IMG/VR virus record: IMGVR_UViG_3300050821_005690
Span: 1 to 64,000 of that record
From: a virus
Reading direction: 5' to 3' (one strand)
Length of the DNA stretch: 64,000 nucleotides
Translations under genes and position numbers: made by a program
Part shown: positions 1 through 8,912 of the stretch, piece after piece
Layout: each line of letters opens with the position of its first letter
How positions within the stretch are numbered: the stretch's first letter is position 1
Notes under the pieces: model-generated
Told to the model about the DNA's origin: nothing
Seen by the model: the letters and a program-made list of their open reading frames with translations, nothing else
Database searches by the model: none

Positions 1-384
1 AAGAAGCCGTTTGCCTCGCAGCACCCTCGCATCGACGGCACGCACACCGTTCTCTCGGGGGCTAACTCCGCGCTCGATGGGGATGTGTTTGTCGACCACC
101 GCATCCCGCAGCGCTATTGGAAATATCTCGCGATCCATGAGACGGATGAGGCAGAGTGCATGGCGAAGGGGATGAGTTACCCCCAAGCCCACAAGGTGGC
201 CACGGCGGCGGAGCGCAAGGCAGTCGAGGCGGATGGCATATCCTGGCGGCATTACACGGCCGAGATCGACGGCTATCTGGCCAAGATTGAGCACGAGGCG
301 AACACGAACCCGCCGAAGGTCAAGCTCCATGTTGATCCCGCGAAGGCGATCGACCACCATCATTCGAGGAACAAGTCGAGATAG
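1..384 (+). CDS. 5'-truncated protein with HExxE...H metal-binding-like motif
   Basis: Frame 1 is open from base 1 (KKPFASQHPRIDG...) and contains YLAIHETDEAECMAKGMSYPQAH. Confidence 0.6.
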   Translation, partial: KKPFASQHPRIDGTHTVLSGANSALDGDVFVDHRIPQRYWKYLAIHETDEAECMAKGMSYPQAHKVATAAERKAVEADGISWRHYTAEIDGYLAKIEHEANTNPPKVKLHVDPAKAIDHHHSRNKSR

Positions 385-518
385 GCGCGGCGGCCTGGGA
401 GGCGAAAGCCGTTAGGACCAGCAGCCAAGGTTCCGCAACGACACAGGGCCTTGGTCCGTGGGGTGTATCCGTTCCCCCTGAGAGAGAGTAGCGCGCCGCC
501 AATAGCCGGGGAATAGCC

Positions 519-683
519 GTGATCGAAACGAAAGCCGATCTGCTTCGCAAGCTTCGTCACACACCGCCAGACTGGCTAGATTGGCCGGAGTGGAAAAGGC
601 GGCTATGGGAAAAGCTGATGAAGCCAGCCATCGCTGCTGTTGAAGAATTGCCGGACGATTATCAGCAGGAAGTCCCTAATTAA
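519..683 (+). CDS. small hypothetical protein (54 aa, not in ORF track)
   Basis: GTG start after GGGGA; reads (M)IETKADLLRKLRHTPPDWLDWPEWKRRLWEKLMKP...; ends TAA at 681-683. Confidence 0.5.
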   Translation: MIETKADLLRKLRHTPPDWLDWPEWKRRLWEKLMKPAIAAVEELPDDYQQEVPN

Positions 684-750
684 AAGAGGCGCCGCGTCTG
701 CAGCCGCAGCGCCCCTCCAATATACATTTACATATGTTTACGTATGTACC

Positions 751-1167
751 TTAGCCTATGGTCTCAACTCGTCGCTGGTCCTCACGCTCGGCGTCTGTCT
801 TCGGCGTGGCCGGGAGCTGGAGCACGGTCGCTTCCTGCCCCACGGGCAACAAGGTCAAAAGCGTGACCTCGCCGTCCGGTGTTTCGAGCGCATCGTGGTG
901 GGTGTGCGGGATGTGCTTCTTGACCTGCCGGAAGATAGCGACGCTGTATTTGCTCTCTTCCGCGAACGGACTGAAAAAGAAACGAGGTAACCTGCGTTGC
1001 ATTTTTTTGGCGAACGCAATCTCAGTGCCCGGGAGCACGCACACCGCGACGTCAAGGTCGTTGACGTCGGCGAACCCGCTAGTGCCTAACCCGAAGTTCT
1101 TCGTGATGAGCTTGTCTCCGACGGCGGCGGCACGGGACTTCACGGCGCTCAGCGAAAAGTCGCACAT
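751..1167 (-). CDS. conserved alphaproteobacterial-type hypothetical protein, moron-like
   Basis: MCDFSL..VKSR.A.VGDKL...AVCVLPGTEIAF...HHDALE.PDG resembles a rhizobial hypothetical family; GGAGAGG RBS; antisense to flanking late genes. Confidence 0.75.
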   Translation of the reverse strand: MCDFSLSAVKSRAAAVGDKLITKNFGLGTSGFADVNDLDVAVCVLPGTEIAFAKKMQRRLPRFFFSPFAEESKYSVAIFRQVKKHIPHTHHDALETPDGEVTLLTLLPVGQEATVLQLPATPKTDAEREDQRRVETIG

Positions 1168-1191
1168 TTTGACCTCTCCATATTGAGTTTG

Positions 1192-1264
1192 CGTCTCGAT
1201 CGACGACCTCGATACACGTCTCGATCGAGTCGCTGACTTGACAAATAGATTGCGACTCTACTAT
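1192..1264 (+). promoter_or_regulatory. candidate head-operon promoter with operator-like repeats
   Basis: TTGACA 1238-1243 and TACTAT 1259-1264 (short 15-nt spacer); inverted repeat GAGTCGC 1227-1233 / GCGACTC 1252-1258; direct repeat CGTCTCGATCGA at 1192 and 1217. Confidence 0.5.
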
Positions 1265-1488
1265 GACCTTTCCCCCAGAACTGCCGGCCCCCCATGCGCG
1301 GGTGCCGAAGGGCGAGCTTCCCGAGCCGGGACTTGATCGCCAGGGGGACGTGCCGAGCCCGGGCCGGGTGACGGCAAGATCCAAAAAGCAATGATCGGTG
1401 CCGTCGCGGGCCGCGATGGCGGGGACCTCTAGGCTAAAGCTGTGCCGGGCTGGCTCAGTTTACGCCAAAGACTGGGGCAGCTATTCCC

Positions 1489-2136
1489 ATGGCTAACACC
1501 GCCGCACCCTATGGCTTCAAGCGCTGGGGGGGCCAGTCTTCCACGCCGCAGAACTTCGGGTTTGCGAGTGGACAGCCGGTCCCTGGTAGTGCCACCGCCT
1601 ACGGCTACCGCATCCTGGCTGGCTTCGCGACCGCGATCTTCTTCGGCGATGCGGTCCGCATGGATGTGACCGGCCCAAACGGCTCCATCGTGCCATGGGC
1701 CAACGGCGATGGCGCGGCTGCCGCCACCAGAATCCTGGTCGGCATCTTCCTCGGCTGCGAATACTACTCAACCAGCCAGAGAAAGACTGTCTACAACAAT
1801 TACTGGCCAGGATCAGACGCGACCGGCGACGTGCGCGCCTACGTCGAGGACGACTCGAACTCGCTCTGGCAAGTGCAGGGCGGCGTCGGGACCGCCATCG
1901 GCGACGCCACGATCGGCCAAACCGCCGACATTGTCGCCACCCCTGTCGGCAATACGAACACCGGCATTTCCGGCATGTCGCTGTCCACCCCGACCACCAC
2001 GGTCACGCTTCCGTTCAAGGTTGTCGGGCTTGTCACTTCACCGCCTGGACCGAATGGGAATGACCCGACGACCCCCTTCAACAACGTGGTCGTCGCGTTC
2101 AATAACCAGATGTTCAAGGCACTCTTGGGGGTCTGA
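1489..2136 (+). CDS. capsid-associated (head decoration-like) protein
   Basis: MANTAAPYGF N-terminus and G/T-rich beta composition typical of the gene directly upstream of gpT-like capsid genes. Confidence 0.7.
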   Translation: MANTAAPYGFKRWGGQSSTPQNFGFASGQPVPGSATAYGYRILAGFATAIFFGDAVRMDVTGPNGSIVPWANGDGAAAATRILVGIFLGCEYYSTSQRKTVYNNYWPGSDATGDVRAYVEDDSNSLWQVQGGVGTAIGDATIGQTADIVATPVGNTNTGISGMSLSTPTTTVTLPFKVVGLVTSPPGPNGNDPTTPFNNVVVAFNNQMFKALLGV

Positions 2137-2139
2137 GCC

Positions 2140-3066
2140 GTGGCAATCAACGTCGCAGCAGTCCGCGATCTTCTCGTCCCCGGACTTCGGGGGGTGGTGG
2201 GCGAGTACAAGCAATGGCCTGCGATCTGGCCTCGGCTCTACGATCAGGGCAAGTCAGATATGGCCCAGGAACGCACCGCTTCGATGCGCTTCCTGCCACT
2301 GGCGCAGCTAAAGACCGACGGCGGCCAGACCACGTTCGACAACAGCAGCGGCGAGGCCTGGGTCTACAACCAGCTTCACGTCGGCATCGGCCTTGGCTAC
2401 GCGATCACCCGGAACACGATCGCGGACAATCTTTACAAGGCCCAGTTCCGGCCGTCGAACCTCGGCCTGCAGCGCTCGTTCGCTCAGACCAAGGAAATCT
2501 ACGGCGCCGCCGTGTTCAACAACGCTACCACCTTCGACCAGACGGTCGGCGGCGATGGCGTCTCGCTTCTGAACGCTGCCCATCCGCTGCCAGCGGGCGG
2601 CTCCGGTCCGGCGACATGGGCGAACCGTCCGACCGTCGATGTGGACTTGAACGAGTCCACTCTTCTGAGCGGCATGATCTCGATCCAGACCGGCTTCTAC
2701 GACAACGCCGGACTGCGCATGATGGCCACTGGCAAGTTGCTGGTGATCCACCCGAACAACGAGCCGGTCGCGCAGCGCCTGCTTCGCGCCGAGCTTCGTC
2801 CGGGCACCTCGCAGAACGACCCGAATGTCATCCCGACCACGGCAGGTGGGGTCACCGACTACGTGAAGAACGTGTTCTTCACCTCGGCGTTTCCCTGGTA
2901 CATCAAGACGGATCAGCCCGGGCTTCTGTACCTTGAGCGCGAGCCCTTCGAGATCGACATGCAAGTCGATTTCACGACCGACAACCTGCTCGTAAAGGGT
3001 TGGGAGCGCTACAGTTTCAACTACAATGACCCGCGTGCACTTTGGGGGACCGCTCCCACCAGCTAA
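2140..3066 (+). CDS. major capsid protein, Mu gpT-like (HK97 fold)
   Basis: 308 aa; LL.PGL...GEY N-terminus, GGDGVSLLNAAHP, DFTTDNLLVKGWERYSF...DPRALWG C-terminus; strong codon bias. Confidence 0.88.
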   Translation: MAINVAAVRDLLVPGLRGVVGEYKQWPAIWPRLYDQGKSDMAQERTASMRFLPLAQLKTDGGQTTFDNSSGEAWVYNQLHVGIGLGYAITRNTIADNLYKAQFRPSNLGLQRSFAQTKEIYGAAVFNNATTFDQTVGGDGVSLLNAAHPLPAGGSGPATWANRPTVDVDLNESTLLSGMISIQTGFYDNAGLRMMATGKLLVIHPNNEPVAQRLLRAELRPGTSQNDPNVIPTTAGGVTDYVKNVFFTSAFPWYIKTDQPGLLYLEREPFEIDMQVDFTTDNLLVKGWERYSFNYNDPRALWGTAPTS

Positions 3067-3104
3067 GCGGTAGGTTGATCTCCGACGCAAAAGGGTAAGC
3101 AGCG

Positions 3105-4388
3105 ATGGCAATCGACCTGGAAATTGGCCCCCTGATCTCGACGGGCCTCGCCATCTATCCGACGGATAGCAAGGGCAACCCCCTTCCTGGGACGCAGGAA
3201 TCCGATCTCGAAGCGGGCCCGAACCTCAGCTATCAGGGTGACGGCTTTCTTGACCCGCGCTTTTACGTCCAGAAGGACTATTGCGCGGGCCGCCAGGGCA
3301 CGGTCACCTCGCACCTGAACAGCCCGTATGTCCTGTCGTGTGATCAGGCGCCTGCCGCCTCGGCGGCGACGCCGGTCAATATCGCTGCTGCCGCTGCTAT
3401 CGTCAGCGGCACGCCGATGGTGCTCGCCGGCGCATCGGCCGGCATTTCGACCAACGTCCCGTTCTTCCCTTTCAAGTCATCGACGCTGGTGACGGCACCT
3501 ATCGCGCTCGACTTCGGTTTCCTGGCGGCTGCTGCATCGGCCGGTGTCGAAACTTGCACGGTCACGACGACCAACGGCAACCAGCTCACCGCATCGAGCT
3601 TGCTGGCGGCCTCGAATTTCTATGTCGGCCAGTGGGTGGTCATACCCAACGGTGCCTCGGCGACCACGCCCTTCATCGGCTATGTCACGGCGATCTCGGG
3701 CGTCACCATCACGCTTTCCGCCAATCTTGGCATCGCATCGACCACCGTCGTGATGGTCGGCTCGGCCAATATCCCGAACGTGACGTGGCCGGCCGGGTCG
3801 GCCGCCTCGGGGGCTTGGCCGTATCTCGCGGGCGGCATCGGCGCCTTTCTCAATCCGAAGGAATCCATCTGCCGTGGGGTGGGCATTGTCTCCACCGCGG
3901 GCGGCACGGGTACGCTGCAGATCCAGGGCTATGACCTTTACGGCCAGCCGCAGACCGAGAACATCGTCGCCAACGCCACCACGGTCGTCTACGGCAACAA
4001 GACCTGGAAGTACATCAGCGCGGTCGTTCCGCAGACCACGGATGCTGGCCATACCTACTCGGTCGGCACCTCCGACCTGTTTGGTTTTGCGGTGCGGTCG
4101 GACCGCTGGGAGTACACCAACATCTTCTGGAACGGATCATTCACAACGGCGGCGGTTTCGGCGTCGGGCGCTTGGCTTGGTGGTGATCTGACCAATCCAG
4201 CAACAAGCACGACCAAAGATGTTCGCGGCGTTTTCCAGCCCAGTGCTCGCGGTCCGCTTGCGACTGCCGCTGCGACCGCCGCAAACGGCTCGATTCGCTT
4301 GGCCATGTTCTTGTCGTTGCCGCTCTACAACGTGATTTCGGCGACGCCTGCCAATCCGACGCCACTGTATGGTGTGATCCCGGCGTAA
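3105..4388 (+). CDS. virion structural protein
   Basis: Ala/Thr/Gly-rich 427 aa directly after the capsid gene; GYDLYGQPQTENI, YSVGTSDLFG and PATSTTKDVRG motifs. Confidence 0.7.
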   Translation: MAIDLEIGPLISTGLAIYPTDSKGNPLPGTQESDLEAGPNLSYQGDGFLDPRFYVQKDYCAGRQGTVTSHLNSPYVLSCDQAPAASAATPVNIAAAAAIVSGTPMVLAGASAGISTNVPFFPFKSSTLVTAPIALDFGFLAAAASAGVETCTVTTTNGNQLTASSLLAASNFYVGQWVVIPNGASATTPFIGYVTAISGVTITLSANLGIASTTVVMVGSANIPNVTWPAGSAASGAWPYLAGGIGAFLNPKESICRGVGIVSTAGGTGTLQIQGYDLYGQPQTENIVANATTVVYGNKTWKYISAVVPQTTDAGHTYSVGTSDLFGFAVRSDRWEYTNIFWNGSFTTAAVSASGAWLGGDLTNPATSTTKDVRGVFQPSARGPLATAAATAANGSIRLAMFLSLPLYNVISATPANPTPLYGVIPA

Positions 4389-4459
4389 AGCCTGACCTGA
4401 TCGCGAGCGGGTTTTCTCGCGGCCGAGCCCACGGACCCGGGCCTTTGAGGACGAAGACC

Positions 4460-4813
4460 ATGAGCAGGGCGCGACACAAAGCCAAGAAGGCAAAGGGCGG
4501 CGTTGTCCATTGGGAAGCGGGCGAGCACACGCCGGAAGCCAAGGAAGCCGAAGAGAAGAAGCACGGTGGTCACGTCCACGGCGAGGGCGAGAAGGCCAAG
4601 CATCGCGCTGACAAGCGGGCGCGAGGCGGCGCAGTGTCTTCTGAGCTTCACGCGATCAAGCCGATGAGCATGCACCACAAGCACGGGATGAAGATCCCGG
4701 GCCGCAAGCGCGGGGGCGGGGTTGGCGCCGACAAGCATCCGCTGACTGAGGCCGCCAAGGTCAAGCACATCATCCCTGGCGAGATCGCGGAAGAGGGCGT
4801 CCCCTCCGATTGA
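4460..4813 (+). CDS. small basic His/Lys-rich head-module protein with [KR]xxGGxV repeats
   Basis: KAKGGVV, KKHGGHV, RARGGAV, RKRGGGV; GAGG RBS upstream of ATG 4460. Confidence 0.7.
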   Translation: MSRARHKAKKAKGGVVHWEAGEHTPEAKEAEEKKHGGHVHGEGEKAKHRADKRARGGAVSSELHAIKPMSMHHKHGMKIPGRKRGGGVGADKHPLTEAAKVKHIIPGEIAEEGVPSD

Positions 4814-4840
4814 TGGGAGCGAGTCGAGGGGCGGCGAGCA

Positions 4841-5089
4841 ATGGCCAGGATTACTGCTGCGCGCCGCCACGCTCTTCCAAAGTCGGATTTCGTTTTCCCT
4901 GACGAGGAAGCCTATCCGGTTGACACACCGGGGCGTGCGCGCAATGCCTTGTCCCGGGGCGCGCAGCACGCTTCGCCGGAGAAGCTCGCGAAGATCAAGC
5001 GGAAGGTTCACGCCAAGTATCCGTCGATCCACGTCAGCGGCGAGGGCGAGACGCCGAAGCATCGGGCAGACCGCCCAAGGCGGGGGTAG
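4841..5089 (+). CDS. DUF6582-like small protein
   Basis: R.ALPKSDFVFP...YPVDT..RARNALSR...IKRKV..KYP pattern. Confidence 0.7.
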   Translation: MARITAARRHALPKSDFVFPDEEAYPVDTPGRARNALSRGAQHASPEKLAKIKRKVHAKYPSIHVSGEGETPKHRADRPRRG

Positions 5090-5092
5090 AAG

Positions 5093-5980
5093 ATGTCCAC
5101 CGAGACTGTCTTCACCAAGCAGATGGCGGCGGCCGTAGCGAACGGCATCTGCGTATCGCAATCTGGATCGGCGCTCACACCGCTCGTACTGAACGGCTCT
5201 CTCACTAATGCTCTTTCCACCACGACCACCGCCGCGGTCGCCGCCGGTGGCGTCGTTCTGCCGCTCTCCTCGGTTGCCGGTCTCGTCGTCGGTCAAGTCG
5301 TCACCGATACGTCCGCTGTCGCCATTGCTGGTGGCACAACTATTGCGGCCGTCGGCGCCAGCAGCGTTACGCTCTCGCGTCCGGTTGGGGGCGTCGGCGT
5401 CGGCAACGGGGATACGATCGTCTTTCCCGGCACGGCGACGATCGACGTCGCGACTGCGACGAACTCGGCGATCGGGCGGCGGGTTGCTATTGCCTACACC
5501 GGCACCGACACCTCTTTCACGATCGTCGGCACCAATTCGACCGGCAACGTCATCACAGACATAGCTGTCGGCGCGACCGGAGCGGCCCAGTCGAACCTCG
5601 ACTTTGTGACGGTGACGAGCATCACGCCGGTCGGCGGCGGTCTGACGGCCCTTACCGCCGGGACAAATGGTGTCGGCTCGTCCCCCTGGTGGACGGTCAA
5701 CTGGCGCGGGAAGCCACCTCAGACCGTCAGTGCTGGCGTTGAATTGGTGACCGGGACGGCGACCTATACCGTCGAGTACACTTTCGACGATCCCAATGCC
5801 CTGCAGGGGACGGTTCTGTTCCCGCTCGCGTTCAGCACTCAGACGCCGACGCTTCTCAAGGCGGTGTCGGCTACCGGCGACGGCGTCTTCAACTTCGCGT
5901 TCAAGGCCTTGAGGCTGAGCATCACCGTCAACGGACCCGGCGAACTGCGCGCGAGATTTGTCCAGGCTGGGATCGGATAA
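5093..5980 (+). CDS. virion structural protein
   Basis: Thr/Val/Gly-rich 295 aa; FTIVGTNSTGNVITD, YTVEYTFDDP; ends in VQAG. Confidence 0.7.
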   Translation: MSTETVFTKQMAAAVANGICVSQSGSALTPLVLNGSLTNALSTTTTAAVAAGGVVLPLSSVAGLVVGQVVTDTSAVAIAGGTTIAAVGASSVTLSRPVGGVGVGNGDTIVFPGTATIDVATATNSAIGRRVAIAYTGTDTSFTIVGTNSTGNVITDIAVGATGAAQSNLDFVTVTSITPVGGGLTALTAGTNGVGSSPWWTVNWRGKPPQTVSAGVELVTGTATYTVEYTFDDPNALQGTVLFPLAFSTQTPTLLKAVSATGDGVFNFAFKALRLSITVNGPGELRARFVQAGIG

Positions 5981-6043
5981 GGGACACCAATCTGGGGTCT
6001 GACGTGATAGAAAGCCCCGGGCACTCGTCGAGGGGCGATTCCT

Positions 6044-6733
6044 TTGGCTACCAGCGGCACCTTCACTTTCAATCCGGCGCTAGGCACGCTGTCGCTGCTG
6101 GCGTTCTCGCGCTGCGGGATCAAGCGCACTGAGGTGCTCTCCGAGCACATGCAGAACGCCTTCCTCGAAACCAACCTGATGCAGTCAGGCTGGGCGGCGG
6201 ACGGGATCACGTTCTTTACGGTGCAGCTTAAGACCACGCTGCTCTCGCAAGGCCAGCAACAGGTAACGGTTCCGGCAGAAGCGATCGCGGTGCTCGATGT
6301 CTACATCAACAACGGAACGACAAACCGGCTTCTGTTCCCGTTCTCGCGCACTGATTTCGCGAGCTTGGCGGTGCCACAGCAACAGGCGCCGCCTACAAGT
6401 TTTTGGCTCAATCGCGGTCTGACCCAGGTCATCAATCTGTGGCCGGTGCCGGACAACGCCGCCGTCTACACCCTGAATTATTACATCTATACCCAGGTGC
6501 AGGACGCCATCTTTCGCCAGGGCGGCCAAGCGGCAGTCCCGGAGTATTGGCTTGACGCCTACGTGGCGGACCTCGCGCACCGGCTATCCCGCCACCATGC
6601 TCCGGCGCTTGAGGCAATACGGAAGGTCGACGCCAAGGAAGCGTACGATCGGGCCTGCAAACAGGTCGAGAACGCGCCTCTCTACATCACGCCCGGGCTG
6701 TCCGGGTACTACCGGCCGGAGGGCGGCTACTGA
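6044..6733 (+). CDS. head-tail adaptor / tail tubular A-like protein
   Basis: MATSGTFTFNP..G...AF.RCG, NL...W...G, LWPVPD, P.YWLDA...LA.RL motifs. Confidence 0.7.
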   Translation: MATSGTFTFNPALGTLSLLAFSRCGIKRTEVLSEHMQNAFLETNLMQSGWAADGITFFTVQLKTTLLSQGQQQVTVPAEAIAVLDVYINNGTTNRLLFPFSRTDFASLAVPQQQAPPTSFWLNRGLTQVINLWPVPDNAAVYTLNYYIYTQVQDAIFRQGGQAAVPEYWLDAYVADLAHRLSRHHAPALEAIRKVDAKEAYDRACKQVENAPLYITPGLSGYYRPEGGY

Positions 6734-7131
6734 TGCGTTCGCAAATGACCAGGGCGCGTGTCGACCCCCAGAACCCATCGGCCTGGGCGGAATGCGACCA
6801 TTGCGGCTTTTGGTTCAATCTGCGGAATCTTGCCTTCCAATACGAATGGGCGGGGACGCACCTCTACAACACCGGCTCGTTCCGATGCCCGAAGTGCATC
6901 GATGTCCCGCAAGAGCAATTGCGCACGATCATCCTGCCGCCGGACCCGCCGCCGATCTACAACGCGCGCGTTCCGAACTTCGCCTATGAAGAACAAACGC
7001 CGATGATTGCCGAAACCCCCGGGACCAGCTCGCGTGCTCCGGGGCAGCCATGGGGATACGGGCCGGAGTTGATTTTGTGCATGCAGGACGGCGAGACGCC
7101 GTTCCTGATGCAGTATCGATCGTCGTCGTGA
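6733..7131 (+). CDS. CxxC...CxxC zinc-finger protein of the structural module
   Basis: ECDHCGF and RCPKCID.PQEQL...LPPDP.P..NARV; stop/start overlap with the adaptor gene. Confidence 0.75.
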   Translation: MRSQMTRARVDPQNPSAWAECDHCGFWFNLRNLAFQYEWAGTHLYNTGSFRCPKCIDVPQEQLRTIILPPDPPPIYNARVPNFAYEEQTPMIAETPGTSSRAPGQPWGYGPELILCMQDGETPFLMQYRSSS

Positions 7132-7138
7132 GGGGGCT

Positions 7139-7738
7139 ATGGCGATCCCGGTTGATGGCCGATTGACCAGCCAGAACATCTTCGCGGGTCCGTTCAACGG
7201 CACCGAGGTGATGTATGTCGTCTCGCCCGGCAATGCCGCGCAGGGCCAGAGTTTCCAGGCTACGACCGGCACCCTGGCGTCGTTCTTTTCGACCTTCCCG
7301 GCGCGTGCCCACGCTTCGGTCTTTGCCGCCGCGCCCGCGGCGCTCACTCCGGGAATCACTACGGCGCAGATGCTGGGGCTTTCCTCGGGCGCCACGATCA
7401 TCACGCCGAACGCAACCGGCCAAGTTGCGATCAGCATTGACGGCACGGTGCTGGTCGGCAGCACCACCAACGGTGCGATCATCCAATGCCGCTTTGCCAC
7501 CGGCAACGGGCCTGCCAACGGCACCAACGTGACCGGCAACGTATGCGGAGCGCCCAACTCCGGGCAGGTCTCCTATCTGGCTGGCTTGGCTACAGCGAAA
7601 ACGCCGTTCCATGTCAGCGGCCTCCTTACGGGGCTGACCCTCGGCGTGGCGATCTGGATCGACCTTTCGGTGCTCAACACCACGGGTGCGCAGGCGGTAA
7701 CGATCAGCAGCGTCACGATTGCGGCGCATGAATTTTAA
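7139..7738 (+). CDS. putative virion protein
   Basis: A/T/G-rich beta-type sequence at the end of the structural operon. Confidence 0.6.
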   Translation: MAIPVDGRLTSQNIFAGPFNGTEVMYVVSPGNAAQGQSFQATTGTLASFFSTFPARAHASVFAAAPAALTPGITTAQMLGLSSGATIITPNATGQVAISIDGTVLVGSTTNGAIIQCRFATGNGPANGTNVTGNVCGAPNSGQVSYLAGLATAKTPFHVSGLLTGLTLGVAIWIDLSVLNTTGAQAVTISSVTIAAHEF

Positions 7739-7754
7739 TTTTAGGAGGCGACCA

Positions 7755-8408
7755 ATGTTCTGCATCAAGACTGGCATGAAGAACGAGTCCGATGTGGCGA
7801 TGAAGTACGCCGCGCCTAGCGCGCTTGTCCTCACCGGCATCCAGATGGTCGAGGATCTGGAAAAGAGCGTCCCGAAGGACTGCGAAGCGATCATGTCTTT
7901 CGGCATGTGCGGCGGGTTGCGGCCGGCTGCCCCGATCGTCGGCCAGACGATTATCGCCTCTAGGCTGATCGGGCCGGACGGCGAGACTTATGAAGTCGAT
8001 CACGCCTGGAAACAGCGCCTCTTCGAGACCACGAGGTTCTTCGTCCAGCCGTACTATTCCTCCGGCAGGTACAACGAGGCGAACACCCCGGCACAGCGAG
8101 CGACGCTCTATGGCCGCACCGGCGCGTGGTGTGTGGATGATGAGAGTCTGTGGGTTGCGCGATTCGCCAAAGCGCGCAACATTCCCTTCGTGATCGCGCG
8201 CAACTGCTCGGACCAATGGGACCAGGACGTCTCGGTCACGTCCGCGATGCTGACCTCGAAGGGCGGCGTTGATTTGGTGGCGATTTTCAAGGGTGTTGTC
8301 ACGTCGCCAATCACGATGGGGCGGATCGCCCTCAGCTATGCGAAGTCACAGAGCGAACTGGAGAAGTTCGCGGAGAAAATAGCCCCGGGCTTTGGCTGGG
8401 AAAAATGA
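7755..8408 (+). CDS. PNP/MTAN-family nucleosidase, hopanoid-associated HpnG-like
   Basis: TGMKNE, IMSFGMCGGLRP, TPAQRATLY.RTGAWCVDDES, IPF..AR.CSD; AGGAGG RBS. Confidence 0.72.
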   Translation: MFCIKTGMKNESDVAMKYAAPSALVLTGIQMVEDLEKSVPKDCEAIMSFGMCGGLRPAAPIVGQTIIASRLIGPDGETYEVDHAWKQRLFETTRFFVQPYYSSGRYNEANTPAQRATLYGRTGAWCVDDESLWVARFAKARNIPFVIARNCSDQWDQDVSVTSAMLTSKGGVDLVAIFKGVVTSPITMGRIALSYAKSQSELEKFAEKIAPGFGWEK

Positions 8409-8815
8409 AAATAGGCCGTACCCTGAAATGGCTTGCTGTCCTGCTGTTGGTCTGCGGCTTGGCCATCTGTCTCGCGCTCCTGATCAGGCCAGCGTGGGCG
8501 CACGACAAGCAGCACCCAAGTCTCACCGACTGGTTCAAGTCACTGAACAATTCGCAGGGTACGCCATGCTGCGACGGCAGTGATGCCACGCGCATTGAAG
8601 ATGTAGACTGGCAGACGGTATGCGAAGCTGGCACTGGCCAGTGTCACTATCAGGTTCGTTTAGAACAGGCGTGGTGGAACGTCCCGGACGAATCCGTCAT
8701 AAAGACCCCGAACCGGGTCGGCCCCGCTCTGGTGTGGCCGATTTTCTACGGCACCAAAGGCAAAGCCGACTTCAATGTTCTCATCCGTTGTTTCATACCA
8801 GGATCAGGGGCTTAA
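8405..8815 (+). CDS. exported Cys-rich hypothetical protein
   Basis: N-terminal hydrophobic signal ending AWA-HD; PCCDGSD, W.VPD..VI..PN..G.ALVW, IRCF.PG. Confidence 0.75.
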   Translation: MKIGRTLKWLAVLLLVCGLAICLALLIRPAWAHDKQHPSLTDWFKSLNNSQGTPCCDGSDATRIEDVDWQTVCEAGTGQCHYQVRLEQAWWNVPDESVIKTPNRVGPALVWPIFYGTKGKADFNVLIRCFIPGSGA

Positions 8816-8912
8816 CAGCCCGCGTCCTTAATAAGGACACGCTTTCTTCAACTATCCGCCCTGATACTGATATGAGTGTCGAGCGCTTCAACCACCGAAA
8901 AGGTTAAGATTC

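Noticed and set aside
610-650. CTGATGA hammerhead-like core
   Set aside because: No stem II followed by GAAA, and it lies inside a plausible small ORF (519-683).
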